Origin: Histomonas meleagridis 2922-C6/04-290x
Taxonomy: Eukaryota; Protista; Parabasalia
Assembly (NCBI GenBank): GCA_020184695.1
Contig: JAANOX010000050.1
Span: 111,105-175,104 of the forward strand
DNA: 64,000 nt
Direction: 5' to 3'
The notes beneath the pieces were generated by a model, which was not told where the DNA came from, searched no databases, and saw only the letters and a program-made list of their open reading frames with translations. Below are positions 54,354 through 64,000 of the stretch, in pieces. The translations under genes and the position numbers were made by a program. The stretch's first letter is position 1; each line of letters starts with the position of its first letter.

Positions 54354-54872
54354 TCAATTTAGATATTCTCCAAGTGGAAGTGTATCTGTTAAAACTTCAA
54401 TAAGCTTGACTTCAATATCGTTGGAATTGGCATTTGACCTAAGTGAATCAACAACGAGTTTGACTTCAGTCGAAAAGTGAAGCATTTCGAAGATTGTTTT
54501 CAAAGCACCTAATAATGGAGTAAGATATACCAACCCATCATACTCCAATGGTATTGTAACATAACGTGTTATTGGATTCTCGGTTATTCGAAATGTAACA
54601 CTATTTTCACTTTGATCTATTTGATGACAGGTAACACCTAAATACGTTTTAAACGATCCAGCAATTAAATCGCATGCCTGGCGAAATGTTTTAATATTGT
54701 ATGAGTCTTGATGTACTACAAGATCATCTGTAATGCGATTTCCAATACTTGTTCCTATTTTAAATAACTTTGCATTTGCGTCTTCGATGTTGTTCGTTTC
54801 TTTTGCTATGGAACGCACCAACGATCCATAGGTTAAGGCAAAAAGCTCTACATTTACGTATTTATCTGACAT
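54354..54872 (-). CDS. TRAPPC3: TRAPP subunit Bet3
   Basis: VNVELFALTYGSLV, IGNRITDD, FKTYLG, ENPITRYVTIP. Confidence 0.9.
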   Translation of the reverse strand: MSDKYVNVELFALTYGSLVRSIAKETNNIEDANAKLFKIGTSIGNRITDDLVVHQDSYNIKTFRQACDLIAGSFKTYLGVTCHQIDQSENSVTFRITENPITRYVTIPLEYDGLVYLTPLLGALKTIFEMLHFSTEVKLVVDSLRSNANSNDIEVKLIEVLTDTLPLGEYLN

Positions 54873-55050
54873 ATAATAGGAAATGTGATGTGAAATTTTG
54901 AATGAGCATTTTTAGATTTTGGTAAATTGTAAAATTAAAAAAAAAATATAGCTATACCTAGCAACTTTGGTTATCTTTTTTTCTATGTAGAGTTAAACGA
55001 CAATTTTATTTAACATATAGATTTATAGGAAATTATTTTCAAACATTAAA

Positions 55051-55881
55051 TCAAGGCTCAAGCTCATATATGAATGGATTTTTCAGTTTTATCTCGTCTG
55101 TGGTTTCTTCTGGTGTCTGGCTTTCCTCTGTTGATTCATTTTCTGATTCTTCATCATTTTCTATGAAAATAAGATACAATGTAACTGGATTGGCTTTGAT
55201 GATTGGCTTAGATCTCAGCGTAAATGGGAGGTTAAGGTTGGCTTCGTATATTTGTCCATCTTTTGTATGAACAGAAATATGATTATTTTCAACTATAAGT
55301 GTTTCCTCTTGTGCTCGTGGCACATACAATGAGACAGTTATTACTTTTTCTTCTTGTGTTAAATTGAATTTAGCAATTTTTGGCTTCAATTCTTTAACAT
55401 TATTTACAGTGCTTGGGCTGTCCTCGTTCATACGCACAGCTTCTTTGATAACAGATTGTGGTACTTCTTGTTCATCATCAGATGGTTCTTTATTTTCAAT
55501 ATGAAATGGTTTTCGTTCAATCTTCTCTGGTTTCACACGAACTTTTAATGTAAGTACCATTTGTGACCATGATGCACTATAATCTGTGTTAGTCATTACT
55601 TCATATGGAAGTGGGATTGAGAAATCATGAATAAAAACTGAAGAGTTCTCACTCTTTCTGCATTTAACTTTGACTTCCTTTTCAAATACCTGTATGTCGA
55701 TTGTTCCTGGATCTAATACTCCAGGAAGAACCATTCGAATCGATAATTCTTTTGGCCTTTTGATTCTATCTCTGTGATATCCTTCAAGATAATCGCTATA
55801 CTCAAAGTTTCCTATTTGCGTAATATCATATCCTGCTCCAGTTTCGGTGAGTGTTATTCCTGGATTTTTATTTTCCTTCAT
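55051..55881 (-). CDS. PIH1/CS (HSP20-like) domain protein
   Basis: LSIRMVLPGV..IDIQVFEKEV..LPYEV..ASWSQMVLTLKV, plus a second CS-like unit. Confidence 0.5.
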   Translation of the reverse strand: MKENKNPGITLTETGAGYDITQIGNFEYSDYLEGYHRDRIKRPKELSIRMVLPGVLDPGTIDIQVFEKEVKVKCRKSENSSVFIHDFSIPLPYEVMTNTDYSASWSQMVLTLKVRVKPEKIERKPFHIENKEPSDDEQEVPQSVIKEAVRMNEDSPSTVNNVKELKPKIAKFNLTQEEKVITVSLYVPRAQEETLIVENNHISVHTKDGQIYEANLNLPFTLRSKPIIKANPVTLYLIFIENDEESENESTEESQTPEETTDEIKLKNPFIYELEP

Positions 55882-56139
55882 TGCTAACGATTATTTTTGA
55901 ACGTTAAGATTTATCATCTTTATAAACTTTTTCTCTCCTTAAAATGTAATAAGTTTTAATATCAACATTGCAAAAAGGTGTATTAAAATAGTGAAATCCT
56001 TAAGAATTTTGTAAAAGTAAAATATTTTTAGTCATCAATTTATTTACAAAAGCCTTGATAAAAACAACGAGTAACCAAAAAAAAGCTAAGAAATAAAAGC
56101 AAATTAAAATATGTGCCGTTTATTTGAGACAAATATGAA

Positions 56140-56382
56140 TTAATTCTTTGGAACATTTCCATGATGTTCTCGGCGGAACAATAAAATATTTGGTTCAGGA
56201 GGGTGTCTATGATAGTGTACCCATCCAACGCTCATTTGAATCCCAAGAGCTCTCCACTCATCTTCAGAAAGCAAATGATCCTTAGGGTCTTTACGGCTGA
56301 TTTCTTTTGGTAATATAACATGTCTATATTCGTACACATCATCATAATATTTGTCTGAATAGTAAATCTCGCTCACTGACAT
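56140..56382 (-). CDS. CKS1: Cyclin-dependent kinase regulatory subunit
   Basis: [49 protein letters not shown]. Confidence 0.95.
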   Translation of the reverse strand: MSVSEIYYSDKYYDDVYEYRHVILPKEISRKDPKDHLLSEDEWRALGIQMSVGWVHYHRHPPEPNILLFRREHHGNVPKN

Positions 56383-56458
56383 CTGACTATTTTTTAAAAA
56401 AATGATTTTCACAATGTTTGTTTGAATATTTATGTATTTCACATAACATGTCATAAAT

Positions 56459-58042
56459 ATGATTTCCTATAAAAAAATTTCTTCAAAGCGGGCTCACCAT
56501 TTTTTTGATTCTCTTCTCCCTGAAACGAGGGAAATTGAAGAAGGACCTGAAGCACTTGTGTTTACACCTTTAGTTGCCAACCAGTTTAATTCAAGAGTTC
56601 AAATAATAATCCAATCCTTGAATTCAGGTTCAATTGAACAAATTGAACAAAACATAAGAAGTCTGATTGAACTATCCAGGTTCAAGCCTAGGGATTCGGT
56701 TGTTTCCTTATTTCTTAAATATAACTTGATTGACATAGTAATGAATTTCAAAGAAACGCAATTCAAACCTTTATTATATGAGTTATTTGCAAATCTTTCA
56801 GCATCAAAAGCATTTACAATTCCACTTATTCAAAAAGGATTGTTAAATTTTTTTTTGAGGGATTTCTTTTCAATTGACGAAAGGTTCAACAACTATATCA
56901 TTATAATTGTGTGTAACATTGTATCTAATAGCTTTTTTGCACGAGCTCTTTTATATTCAACAAATTTTTTTGAAAATGCATATGGAATTTTGGAAAGTGA
57001 ACATCCCATATTTTATGACGAATGGACATCCAAACTTCTTTATGTTTACTGTAATCATGGTCCTACATATGGTCAAACGGATGTTGATGTTGATCCAAAT
57101 GCATCAGAACAATTAAGTATTTTCCTTAACGAATATACCTTTGATGATAACTTTGACATTAATTTGTTCGCGGATTTTTGTACTTATGGTATTGTTTTGG
57201 ACAAAGAAGGTCCTTTTTGGAATTTCATTATTTATTTCTTGAAATATTCAGAATCTGATGTAGCTTTTGTAAGTATAGTAAAATGTTTGCGAGTTCTTTT
57301 GGAACGTGATGTTAATATGCCTGAGCCCAAACTTTCATATGATTTATTAGAATCAAGAATTCCCTTTTTTGATTTTGTCCAAAGAGTCGTTGACAAAGGG
57401 AGTGTGCCGACTGAGGTTTTCAGTGGAATTCTCAAGATTTTCACGAGGATTTACTCGGTTGACATCAACCCAAACGACATTTCAATCAAAGAACGATCAA
57501 AAGAAGCGATAGAATTTATAATGACACTTTTTGATAGTGAAGATTCACCCTTCATCAAAGACATTGCGCATTCGTTAAGTAATATTATCTCTACATTTGG
57601 GGACTTGGCACAAATAGTTATTGATAAGTCAATCGGTTCGATCCGTTGGTTAATGGCGAATGCAAACTTTGCAACTAGATCAGCTATTACATGGTTGTTT
57701 CTCACACTAATGGCGAACGAACAAAGTTTTGTTTTAATTGATGATATTGAAATGGTTATCGCTATTGCTGAATCCCAAAGGCAAACAGATTTTGTGAAAC
57801 ATGTTATTAAATCTTTCGAATATGTATTTGATATACAAGAAAGGGATCCAAAGAGAGAAGGAAGATCAATCGAAAATTATTTCGAAGAATGTGACGGATA
57901 TGATTTAATTGCAAGTTTCGAAGAAATAGATGACGAAGAAATTCAAAAAATGATCCAAAAGTTTGGTGATAAGTACAACGATACAAAATTAGAATTAGAT
58001 CTTGTGCAAAGTACAGAAGAAGAGGAGATGCACATGTTTTAA
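56459..58042 (+). CDS. ARM/HEAT-like hypothetical protein
   Basis: 527-aa ORF with a helical repeat pattern. Confidence 0.75.
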   Translation: MISYKKISSKRAHHFFDSLLPETREIEEGPEALVFTPLVANQFNSRVQIIIQSLNSGSIEQIEQNIRSLIELSRFKPRDSVVSLFLKYNLIDIVMNFKETQFKPLLYELFANLSASKAFTIPLIQKGLLNFFLRDFFSIDERFNNYIIIIVCNIVSNSFFARALLYSTNFFENAYGILESEHPIFYDEWTSKLLYVYCNHGPTYGQTDVDVDPNASEQLSIFLNEYTFDDNFDINLFADFCTYGIVLDKEGPFWNFIIYFLKYSESDVAFVSIVKCLRVLLERDVNMPEPKLSYDLLESRIPFFDFVQRVVDKGSVPTEVFSGILKIFTRIYSVDINPNDISIKERSKEAIEFIMTLFDSEDSPFIKDIAHSLSNIISTFGDLAQIVIDKSIGSIRWLMANANFATRSAITWLFLTLMANEQSFVLIDDIEMVIAIAESQRQTDFVKHVIKSFEYVFDIQERDPKREGRSIENYFEECDGYDLIASFEEIDDEEIQKMIQKFGDKYNDTKLELDLVQSTEEEEMHMF

Positions 58043-58675
58043 ATATAAATTTTTACATATAGAAAATACTATGCTCTAAATAAAGATTTATTAGAAAACG
58101 GAATTATGCTATATTGGTTATATTTGATGAAAGAGCTTTCTCTTTTGTTACGAACAGGACAAGCAAAGTGAAACAAAAACCAGAGTCTGGACAGAAAATC
58201 ATTTGAAGTCTTGCTTTTTATTCTAAATTATTTTATGAGCATTTAGACAACTTTTTCTCAAAATTCAGCAGAAAAAACTTTTTAAAAATTAACACATACA
58301 GTGTATATTAAAAAAAATATAATTAAACGTATGTAAGAATCAATTGATAATTTTTTATTTCATGTTTTAAATTGGATGGAATTTGTTGTAAAAATAATAA
58401 TTTTTTGTTTGAATAGTTTACTATATATAATTGCTAGGTTTATCTCCAAAAATTGCCAAGTATATTATTTATCATAAAACATCAATGCAGAGAACGTTAA
58501 TCATATTTAATAACTTTACTTGATTCAATTTTCAATTCATATTTAGTCGGTATCAAACTCAAAACCTTCTTACGACATACAAAAAGTTGCTTAACCTTTG
58601 GTCGATCATCATATGTTTGAATGCCATTTTAGGCCAACATATTTTGATTGGATTTATAAATGTTCTGACAAAATA

Positions 58676-58816
58676 ATGCCTGTTGAATATGTTTGTTCTT
58701 CCTGCGGAAAAACAATCCTTGTTTCAACAAAGGATGACGTTAAATGCGACCAATGCAAATGCATGATTTTATACAAGAAACGCAAACCAGGACTTGATTT
58801 TTTCAAAGCGAGATAA
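58676..58816 (+). CDS. RPB12: RNA polymerase I/II/III shared subunit RPABC4
   Basis: VEYVCSSCG..DDVKCDQCKCMILYKKR..FKAR. Confidence 0.9.
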   Translation: MPVEYVCSSCGKTILVSTKDDVKCDQCKCMILYKKRKPGLDFFKAR

Positions 58817-59051
58817 ATTTTTCATTTAATAAAAGAATACTAGGTAAATATTGTCTATTCTTTCTATATTTTGTCCTATCCTTACATAAATGCAATTTTT
58901 TTGTCCACATTTAATTTATCACTAAATCAAATTCTAAACTTTTTTACCAGAATTAAAATTTTCATCTCAAACTATGTAACACGCTCATCTTAATTTCGAT
59001 CAAAATATCGAATTATCGAAAAAAAATTTATTAACAAAACAAATCGTTACA

Positions 59052-60275
59052 TTAATTCTTTCTAATTTTTGTGTGCAAATCCGTATTAAATATCTGTGCA
59101 ACCGAAAGCGCTATTTTCATATCTGCCTTTGTTCTCATTCTGAGCGCGCTCTGTATTTCCCTCAAACATTTTTTATCGACGAATTCGAGTTTTCTTTCTT
59201 CGATCTTTTCGTTCACCTGCGCCAACAATGCCACAGCTTGTCCGACGACTGATGACATGAAGTTTTCGCAGAATGTGTTGTGCATAAATTTCGGCGCTTG
59301 ACAGAGTGCATTAATGAACGAAGTCACATATTCCGAAGCGCCATTCATTTCTTTGATTTTCATTTCGGTTTTGAATTTCGTTATTTTCTTCTTGAGAACT
59401 GCGTCTTGATTATCAAACATTAGAAAATTCGCAATTTCATAATATGAATTCGAATTAGATATATTCGGTGTATACAAATATATTTTCTTTTCGTCGAATT
59501 TGACCCACGTAACAGGGCGAGAAAATAGAACCATATAATCCTTAGGTTTCATTTCTTGCTTTTTGACGCACTGAAGATATAAATCGGGTATAATTCGAGG
59601 AAGAAGTTCCATAGACGAAATGTCTCGTTGGAAAGGAAGTAAAAAATTCGAAAGAAAATTGATGCAGAACATCGCATCTGATACAGATGTGGCTTCTATG
59701 ACAGTGGTCATCTGAGATCTTAGATGTGACGTCAAAAGAAGTGATAAAAATGAGATTTCGGCGGGAATAATTTCGAAATCAAGAAATAAATCTGGAATTG
59801 AAAAAGACGAAATGTCAAGACAGAGACTAACAATCCGTTCAATATGTGGAGTTAATGCTGAAAATGGTTCGTTTTTCGCTATAATGGATTTGAAAGAAAT
59901 CGAAAGTATTCCAAGCCACGAAATAAAAAGTGAATGTAAATTTGGATTATCTTTAATTTCATCATTTTTAAAAATTATTCCAAGTGAGTAATATGAATTT
60001 CTTTGTTTTCCTTGGTATATAAATGTTGAATTAAACATAATCCATCCAAAACTTTGTACATCAATTATTGATGGAACACATTCCATAAAGATGGATTCAC
60101 TTTGTCTATGCACATTGCTTAATGTAATTTTAAATATATCATCGATTTTTGATGCATTTCCTTCAATTTGTGGCCACCGAAATAAAACTTTTATCCCACT
60201 TACCATATCAAATGTAGATATCGCAAATGCGACAAAAGGACTTCCTTTTATATCTAATCTTTGTTTTGATATCAT
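59052..60275 (-). CDS. C9orf72-like DENN-fold protein
   Basis: FAISTFDMVSGIKVLFRW, LTSHLRSQMTTVI, FLSNFLLPFQR, PDLYLQCV. Confidence 0.7.
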   Translation of the reverse strand: MISKQRLDIKGSPFVAFAISTFDMVSGIKVLFRWPQIEGNASKIDDIFKITLSNVHRQSESIFMECVPSIIDVQSFGWIMFNSTFIYQGKQRNSYYSLGIIFKNDEIKDNPNLHSLFISWLGILSISFKSIIAKNEPFSALTPHIERIVSLCLDISSFSIPDLFLDFEIIPAEISFLSLLLTSHLRSQMTTVIEATSVSDAMFCINFLSNFLLPFQRDISSMELLPRIIPDLYLQCVKKQEMKPKDYMVLFSRPVTWVKFDEKKIYLYTPNISNSNSYYEIANFLMFDNQDAVLKKKITKFKTEMKIKEMNGASEYVTSFINALCQAPKFMHNTFCENFMSSVVGQAVALLAQVNEKIEERKLEFVDKKCLREIQSALRMRTKADMKIALSVAQIFNTDLHTKIRKN

Positions 60276-60336
60276 TTTTTCTTGGAACAGAGACCGTTAA
60301 TAGAAACGTTTAAAAAAAAATTAAATTTACAAATTT

Positions 60337-63300
60337 ATGCATTCTTTTAATGTTTACATATCAAATCATCTAACAACTGAAAATAAGAGCTCTATTACAA
60401 CAACTGCATGGAATAGAATTAATGGTATTATTGCATCAGGTCAATCAAATGGAACAATTGTATTATCAAAAATTGAACCAAATCAAAATAACCCAGGATT
60501 TTTCTCTTATGAAACTGTGTCTACTCTTCTTGAACATAAGTTCGAAATTATTACATTATCATGGAATGAAAGATTTAATCGGTTAATAAGTATTGATTCC
60601 AAAGGTTTTTTATATATCTGGACAGAGAACTCTGAAAAGTGGAAATCACCCACAAGTCATATTCTCAATATACCCAATATTATTACAATATCAATATCAT
60701 CAAATTGTGAGAAAATGATAATTTTACATGACATCAATAACATCACTTGTATGGATCTTTCATGTAATCAATTGTGGACAGATAAATGCGAAGGAACACC
60801 AACTATTGGCTGTTGGTCACCAAATAGCACCGATTTTTATATAGCAACAAAAGAAATTCAACTTTTTAAACTAACGAATGGTAATGACGCTGTTCCAATC
60901 AACATACCTAAAGCAATTTTGTCACAAGAAGATAATGCAATTATTTCCATTCGATGGAGTGAATCAACTCCGAATTTATTTTTAGTTTGTTTCCAAAATG
61001 GAAAAATATGTATTTATAACTCCGAAACTGATGAAAAGCCTCAAATTATATCTGTTGACTTTGATGTAAGTAGCGCATGTTGGTCACATTCTGGCGAACT
61101 ATTTGTCGTTGCAGGTAATCGATCCGAACAATCACAAATAAGTTTCTATACCAAAACGTGTAAATTATTACGAAATCTCAACTTAAATGCGCATAATATT
61201 TCATCGATTTCATTTAATCATTCTGATACACAATTAGTAATTGGTGCAGAGAATTCTATGTTTATTGTACAAATAATTCCTATTAATCAATGGAGTTATA
61301 TTGATGAAACACTTATATATAGTGTTAATGAATATAATTCGAATGTTTCGAATATTGTTTTCTTTAATATAGAAACTGCTGAAAAACATATAAAAGAAAT
61401 CACTGATTTGATTGGTATTAATTCATCGAATGGAAAAATATGTTTGACAACTGTTAAACAAAACAAAGATGAAAAAGATACAATTTTAATCATATGCGAT
61501 AAAATTGGAGTCCCAATTAAGTCACAATTCATAAAATTTCAAACAGAATTTTGCGCATTTTCAAGTAATTATGTTATAGTTTCATCATTTCATACTATTT
61601 GTATATGGAACATTGAAACAAATGAAATAAATTACATTCAAATTAGTAATAAAATAAGTGCAATATCATCAATGGATTCAACTTTATTTGTCGGATTTAC
61701 TTCCGGTGAAATTATTATGTATTCATTACCTCAATGTATCGAAATAACGAAATTTAATACCGAAAATCAAATCGAATCAATTAATATCTCGAAAGATATA
61801 ACACGTATATCATTTAGTACTATTGATGGTAATATGCATTTCATTGATGTGAATTCAGGTTCAATAGAACCACAAATACATAAAGAAACTTGGTGCATGA
61901 AATGGTCTGATGATTCTTCATCTTATTTTACTTCATTAGAAAGACAAAAAATTTTTGTTTATTATAACTTTAAACCAATTGAACCGATTTCATCATTAAC
62001 ATTTCCATGTTCTTTTAAAGATTTGATAATTACTGCAGTTGATTTCATGTCAATTAATCAAAACCCTTTAAATCCTGATTTAAAATGTATACATAAATAT
62101 CCTACAAAACCTTTAAGAGATATAAATAACTTATTAAAGAGTGAAAATGTGTCTTTTGATGAGATTTTTTCGTATATTAATATGAGAAGTCATTCGATTC
62201 TATGGAAAACTATTGCTGAAGCAGCGCTTAATAAAATGGAACTAAAAATTGCTGAAAGATGTTATATGGAATGTAAAGATACATTAGGAATACAATTCTT
62301 AAAGAAAATATCAAATTTAAATGATAAAAATTTAAAGAGAGGTTATATCCTTTGGTTTTTAAAGCAATATGAAGAAGCAGAAAAATGTTTTGATAAAAAT
62401 TTATCTATTAAAATGTATATAAGTATCGGAAATTGGGAAAAAGTTAAATTATTAATTAATGAAAATGATGAAATTGATTTAAGTATACATGAATACTTAG
62501 GTAACAAAGCTTATTTTGATGGAGATTGGAAATTAGCAGTAAAAGAATTCGAAAAATCGAAAAATTATGAAAAAATGTTAAATTCGCTTTTCCATTCGAA
62601 TGATTTCCAAGGAATTTATGATTTAATGAATGCATTACCAAATGAATCACCTGTTTTAAAGCAAATTGGATTAAAACTTTTATCTATCGGATCATATAAA
62701 CAAGCATCCGAAGCATTTATTAAGTTCGGCGACATCCAAATGGCTGTTGATTGTTGTGTACATTTAAACCAATGGAAAGAAGCGAATAAAATTGCTAAGA
62801 AACATCCTGAAATTGATAAAAAAGAATTAATGTTAAAATATTCGAAATATTTATATCAGAATTCACTTATATCTTCTTCGATTAATATTCTTTTGAAATA
62901 TGACTTTAAAAAAGAAGCTGCGGATATATTAGAGAAAGAAGGAAACATCGCATTAAAAAGTAAAAATTATATATACGCAAAGAAATGTTTTGTTCATTAT
63001 GCGGAACTAATCGAAAATGAAAATGATAAATGGCATAAAGCTGAAGCGATTCATTTTCTGTTACTTGCGCACAGACAAATTTATGTATCTAAATGGGAAG
63101 AAGCTTTGATTACTTCTGTGAGATTAATGAATTTATATTCCGATGTTATTAAAAAAGAAATTTGTTGTTCATTGGTTGCAATATCTGCAAGCGAATCAGG
63201 TTACTTAAGACAATGTTCAAACTCTTTTATACAATTAGAAAATTCGAAAATGATTTCAAAACAAATAAAAGAGAAAATAAAAAAATTGTCGTATTCCATT

Positions 63301-63543
63301 TTTGGTAAACAAGCGCCAAATGATCCAACAAATGCACAACAAATGAAATGTAATAAATGTAACAAAAAAATTATTTGTCCAAATTATATGTGCACTTGTG
63401 GAACAATTATGGAGCCAAGTGTAGTATCGGGAAAACCTTTGGATAAAAGTGATGCATGGCGCTGTAAAAACTGCGGACATTATGCACTGAATAATGAAAT
63501 ATCAGAACTTACAACATGTCCATTATGTCACACATCTTTATAA
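60337..63543 (+). CDS. WDR35: IFT-A subunit IFT121/WDR35
   Basis: N-terminal WD40 repeats, KETWCMKWSDD, KPLRD, LWKTIAEAAL, HFLLLAHRQ, C-terminal zinc ribbon (CPLCH). Confidence 0.92.
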   Translation: MHSFNVYISNHLTTENKSSITTTAWNRINGIIASGQSNGTIVLSKIEPNQNNPGFFSYETVSTLLEHKFEIITLSWNERFNRLISIDSKGFLYIWTENSEKWKSPTSHILNIPNIITISISSNCEKMIILHDINNITCMDLSCNQLWTDKCEGTPTIGCWSPNSTDFYIATKEIQLFKLTNGNDAVPINIPKAILSQEDNAIISIRWSESTPNLFLVCFQNGKICIYNSETDEKPQIISVDFDVSSACWSHSGELFVVAGNRSEQSQISFYTKTCKLLRNLNLNAHNISSISFNHSDTQLVIGAENSMFIVQIIPINQWSYIDETLIYSVNEYNSNVSNIVFFNIETAEKHIKEITDLIGINSSNGKICLTTVKQNKDEKDTILIICDKIGVPIKSQFIKFQTEFCAFSSNYVIVSSFHTICIWNIETNEINYIQISNKISAISSMDSTLFVGFTSGEIIMYSLPQCIEITKFNTENQIESINISKDITRISFSTIDGNMHFIDVNSGSIEPQIHKETWCMKWSDDSSSYFTSLERQKIFVYYNFKPIEPISSLTFPCSFKDLIITAVDFMSINQNPLNPDLKCIHKYPTKPLRDINNLLKSENVSFDEIFSYINMRSHSILWKTIAEAALNKMELKIAERCYMECKDTLGIQFLKKISNLNDKNLKRGYILWFLKQYEEAEKCFDKNLSIKMYISIGNWEKVKLLINENDEIDLSIHEYLGNKAYFDGDWKLAVKEFEKSKNYEKMLNSLFHSNDFQGIYDLMNALPNESPVLKQIGLKLLSIGSYKQASEAFIKFGDIQMAVDCCVHLNQWKEANKIAKKHPEIDKKELMLKYSKYLYQNSLISSSINILLKYDFKKEAADILEKEGNIALKSKNYIYAKKCFVHYAELIENENDKWHKAEAIHFLLLAHRQIYVSKWEEALITSVRLMNLYSDVIKKEICCSLVAISASESGYLRQCSNSFIQLENSKMISKQIKEKIKKLSYSIFGKQAPNDPTNAQQMKCNKCNKKIICPNYMCTCGTIMEPSVVSGKPLDKSDAWRCKNCGHYALNNEISELTTCPLCHTSL

Positions 63544-63689
63544 AAATTAATAAAAAATGTTTCTAATAAATATTATACAAATATTACATGTAACTTATTA
63601 TATAAACATGTAATCTTTGTTCAGTGTATTTGATATGAACATAGAGCAAAACTTTACTACTACAAATATTTAAACATTGTTTAAATTAT

Positions 63690-64000
63690 TTCAACGTTTT
63701 TATTTAATTTTTCTATTTCAACGTTAATAAAAATATTTCTAATGTTTTTAGTCAAACAGACTATCAGTAGGTATTTCTATAAATAATATGAAGAAATATT
63801 TTCAATGTTAAAATCAACCCCTTCATGTGCAGAAAGTAATTTAGCAATATTATAATACTTATATCTCTTAGCTAAAACAAGTGCTGTATCAAATTATATG
63901 TAATAATAATTTAAATTATTTCCAAAAATAATTAGTAAATTTCATATTAATAAAATTAATTTCGAATAAATCAAACATATATCTTTAGTAGAGATGTCAA
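63690..64000 (-). repeat. 3' end of another ankyrin module and spacer array running off the right edge
   Basis: Minus strand reads DISTKD, a 93-nt spacer (63980-63888), then TALVLAKRYKYYNIAKLLSAHEGVDFNIEN (63887-63798), then a degenerate spacer. Confidence 0.85.

Noticed and set aside
55584-55599. GTAATGACTAACACAG on the minus strand resembles a trichomonad intron
   Set aside because: It is only 16 nt, lies in an open frame, and removing it would cause a frameshift.
1-64000. tRNA, rRNA or snRNA genes
   Set aside because: None recognised by eye; tRNAscan-SE or Infernal would be needed to exclude them.

Overview
AT-rich eukaryotic protist DNA, almost certainly a parabasalid (trichomonad). The evidence is an IBD-domain gene, DUF3447-ankyrin genes, a BspA-like LRR gene, Inr-like core promoters, and compact genes with no canonical introns seen. 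The window holds about 30 housekeeping or hypothetical genes (beta-COP, Vps33, RPL14, Bet3, CKS1, RPB12, ERK7-type MAPK, 14-3-3, prolidase, IFT121/WDR35, C9orf72-like and others), several bacterial-type genes, a defective Helitron-like element at the left edge and a mariner-like relic. The outstanding signal is in two long ankyrin genes (2499-7340 and 28698-31733). Their repeats have a strict 170-nt period: a stop-free 90-nt ankyrin coding module followed by an 80-nt AT-rich spacer that carries stops, shifts the frame and has no GT-AG or AT-AC ends. Removing 68 nt from each spacer restores one continuous ORF per gene, ending in a UBR-type zinc finger (gene 1) or a hydrophobic tail anchor (gene 2). 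The same module and spacer unit recurs at three or more further loci on both strands. This points to an unexplained non-canonical intron, RNA-processing or ribosome-bypass system. It is inferred from DNA alone and needs transcript or protein data. All family assignments come from motif recognition by eye, not database searches.
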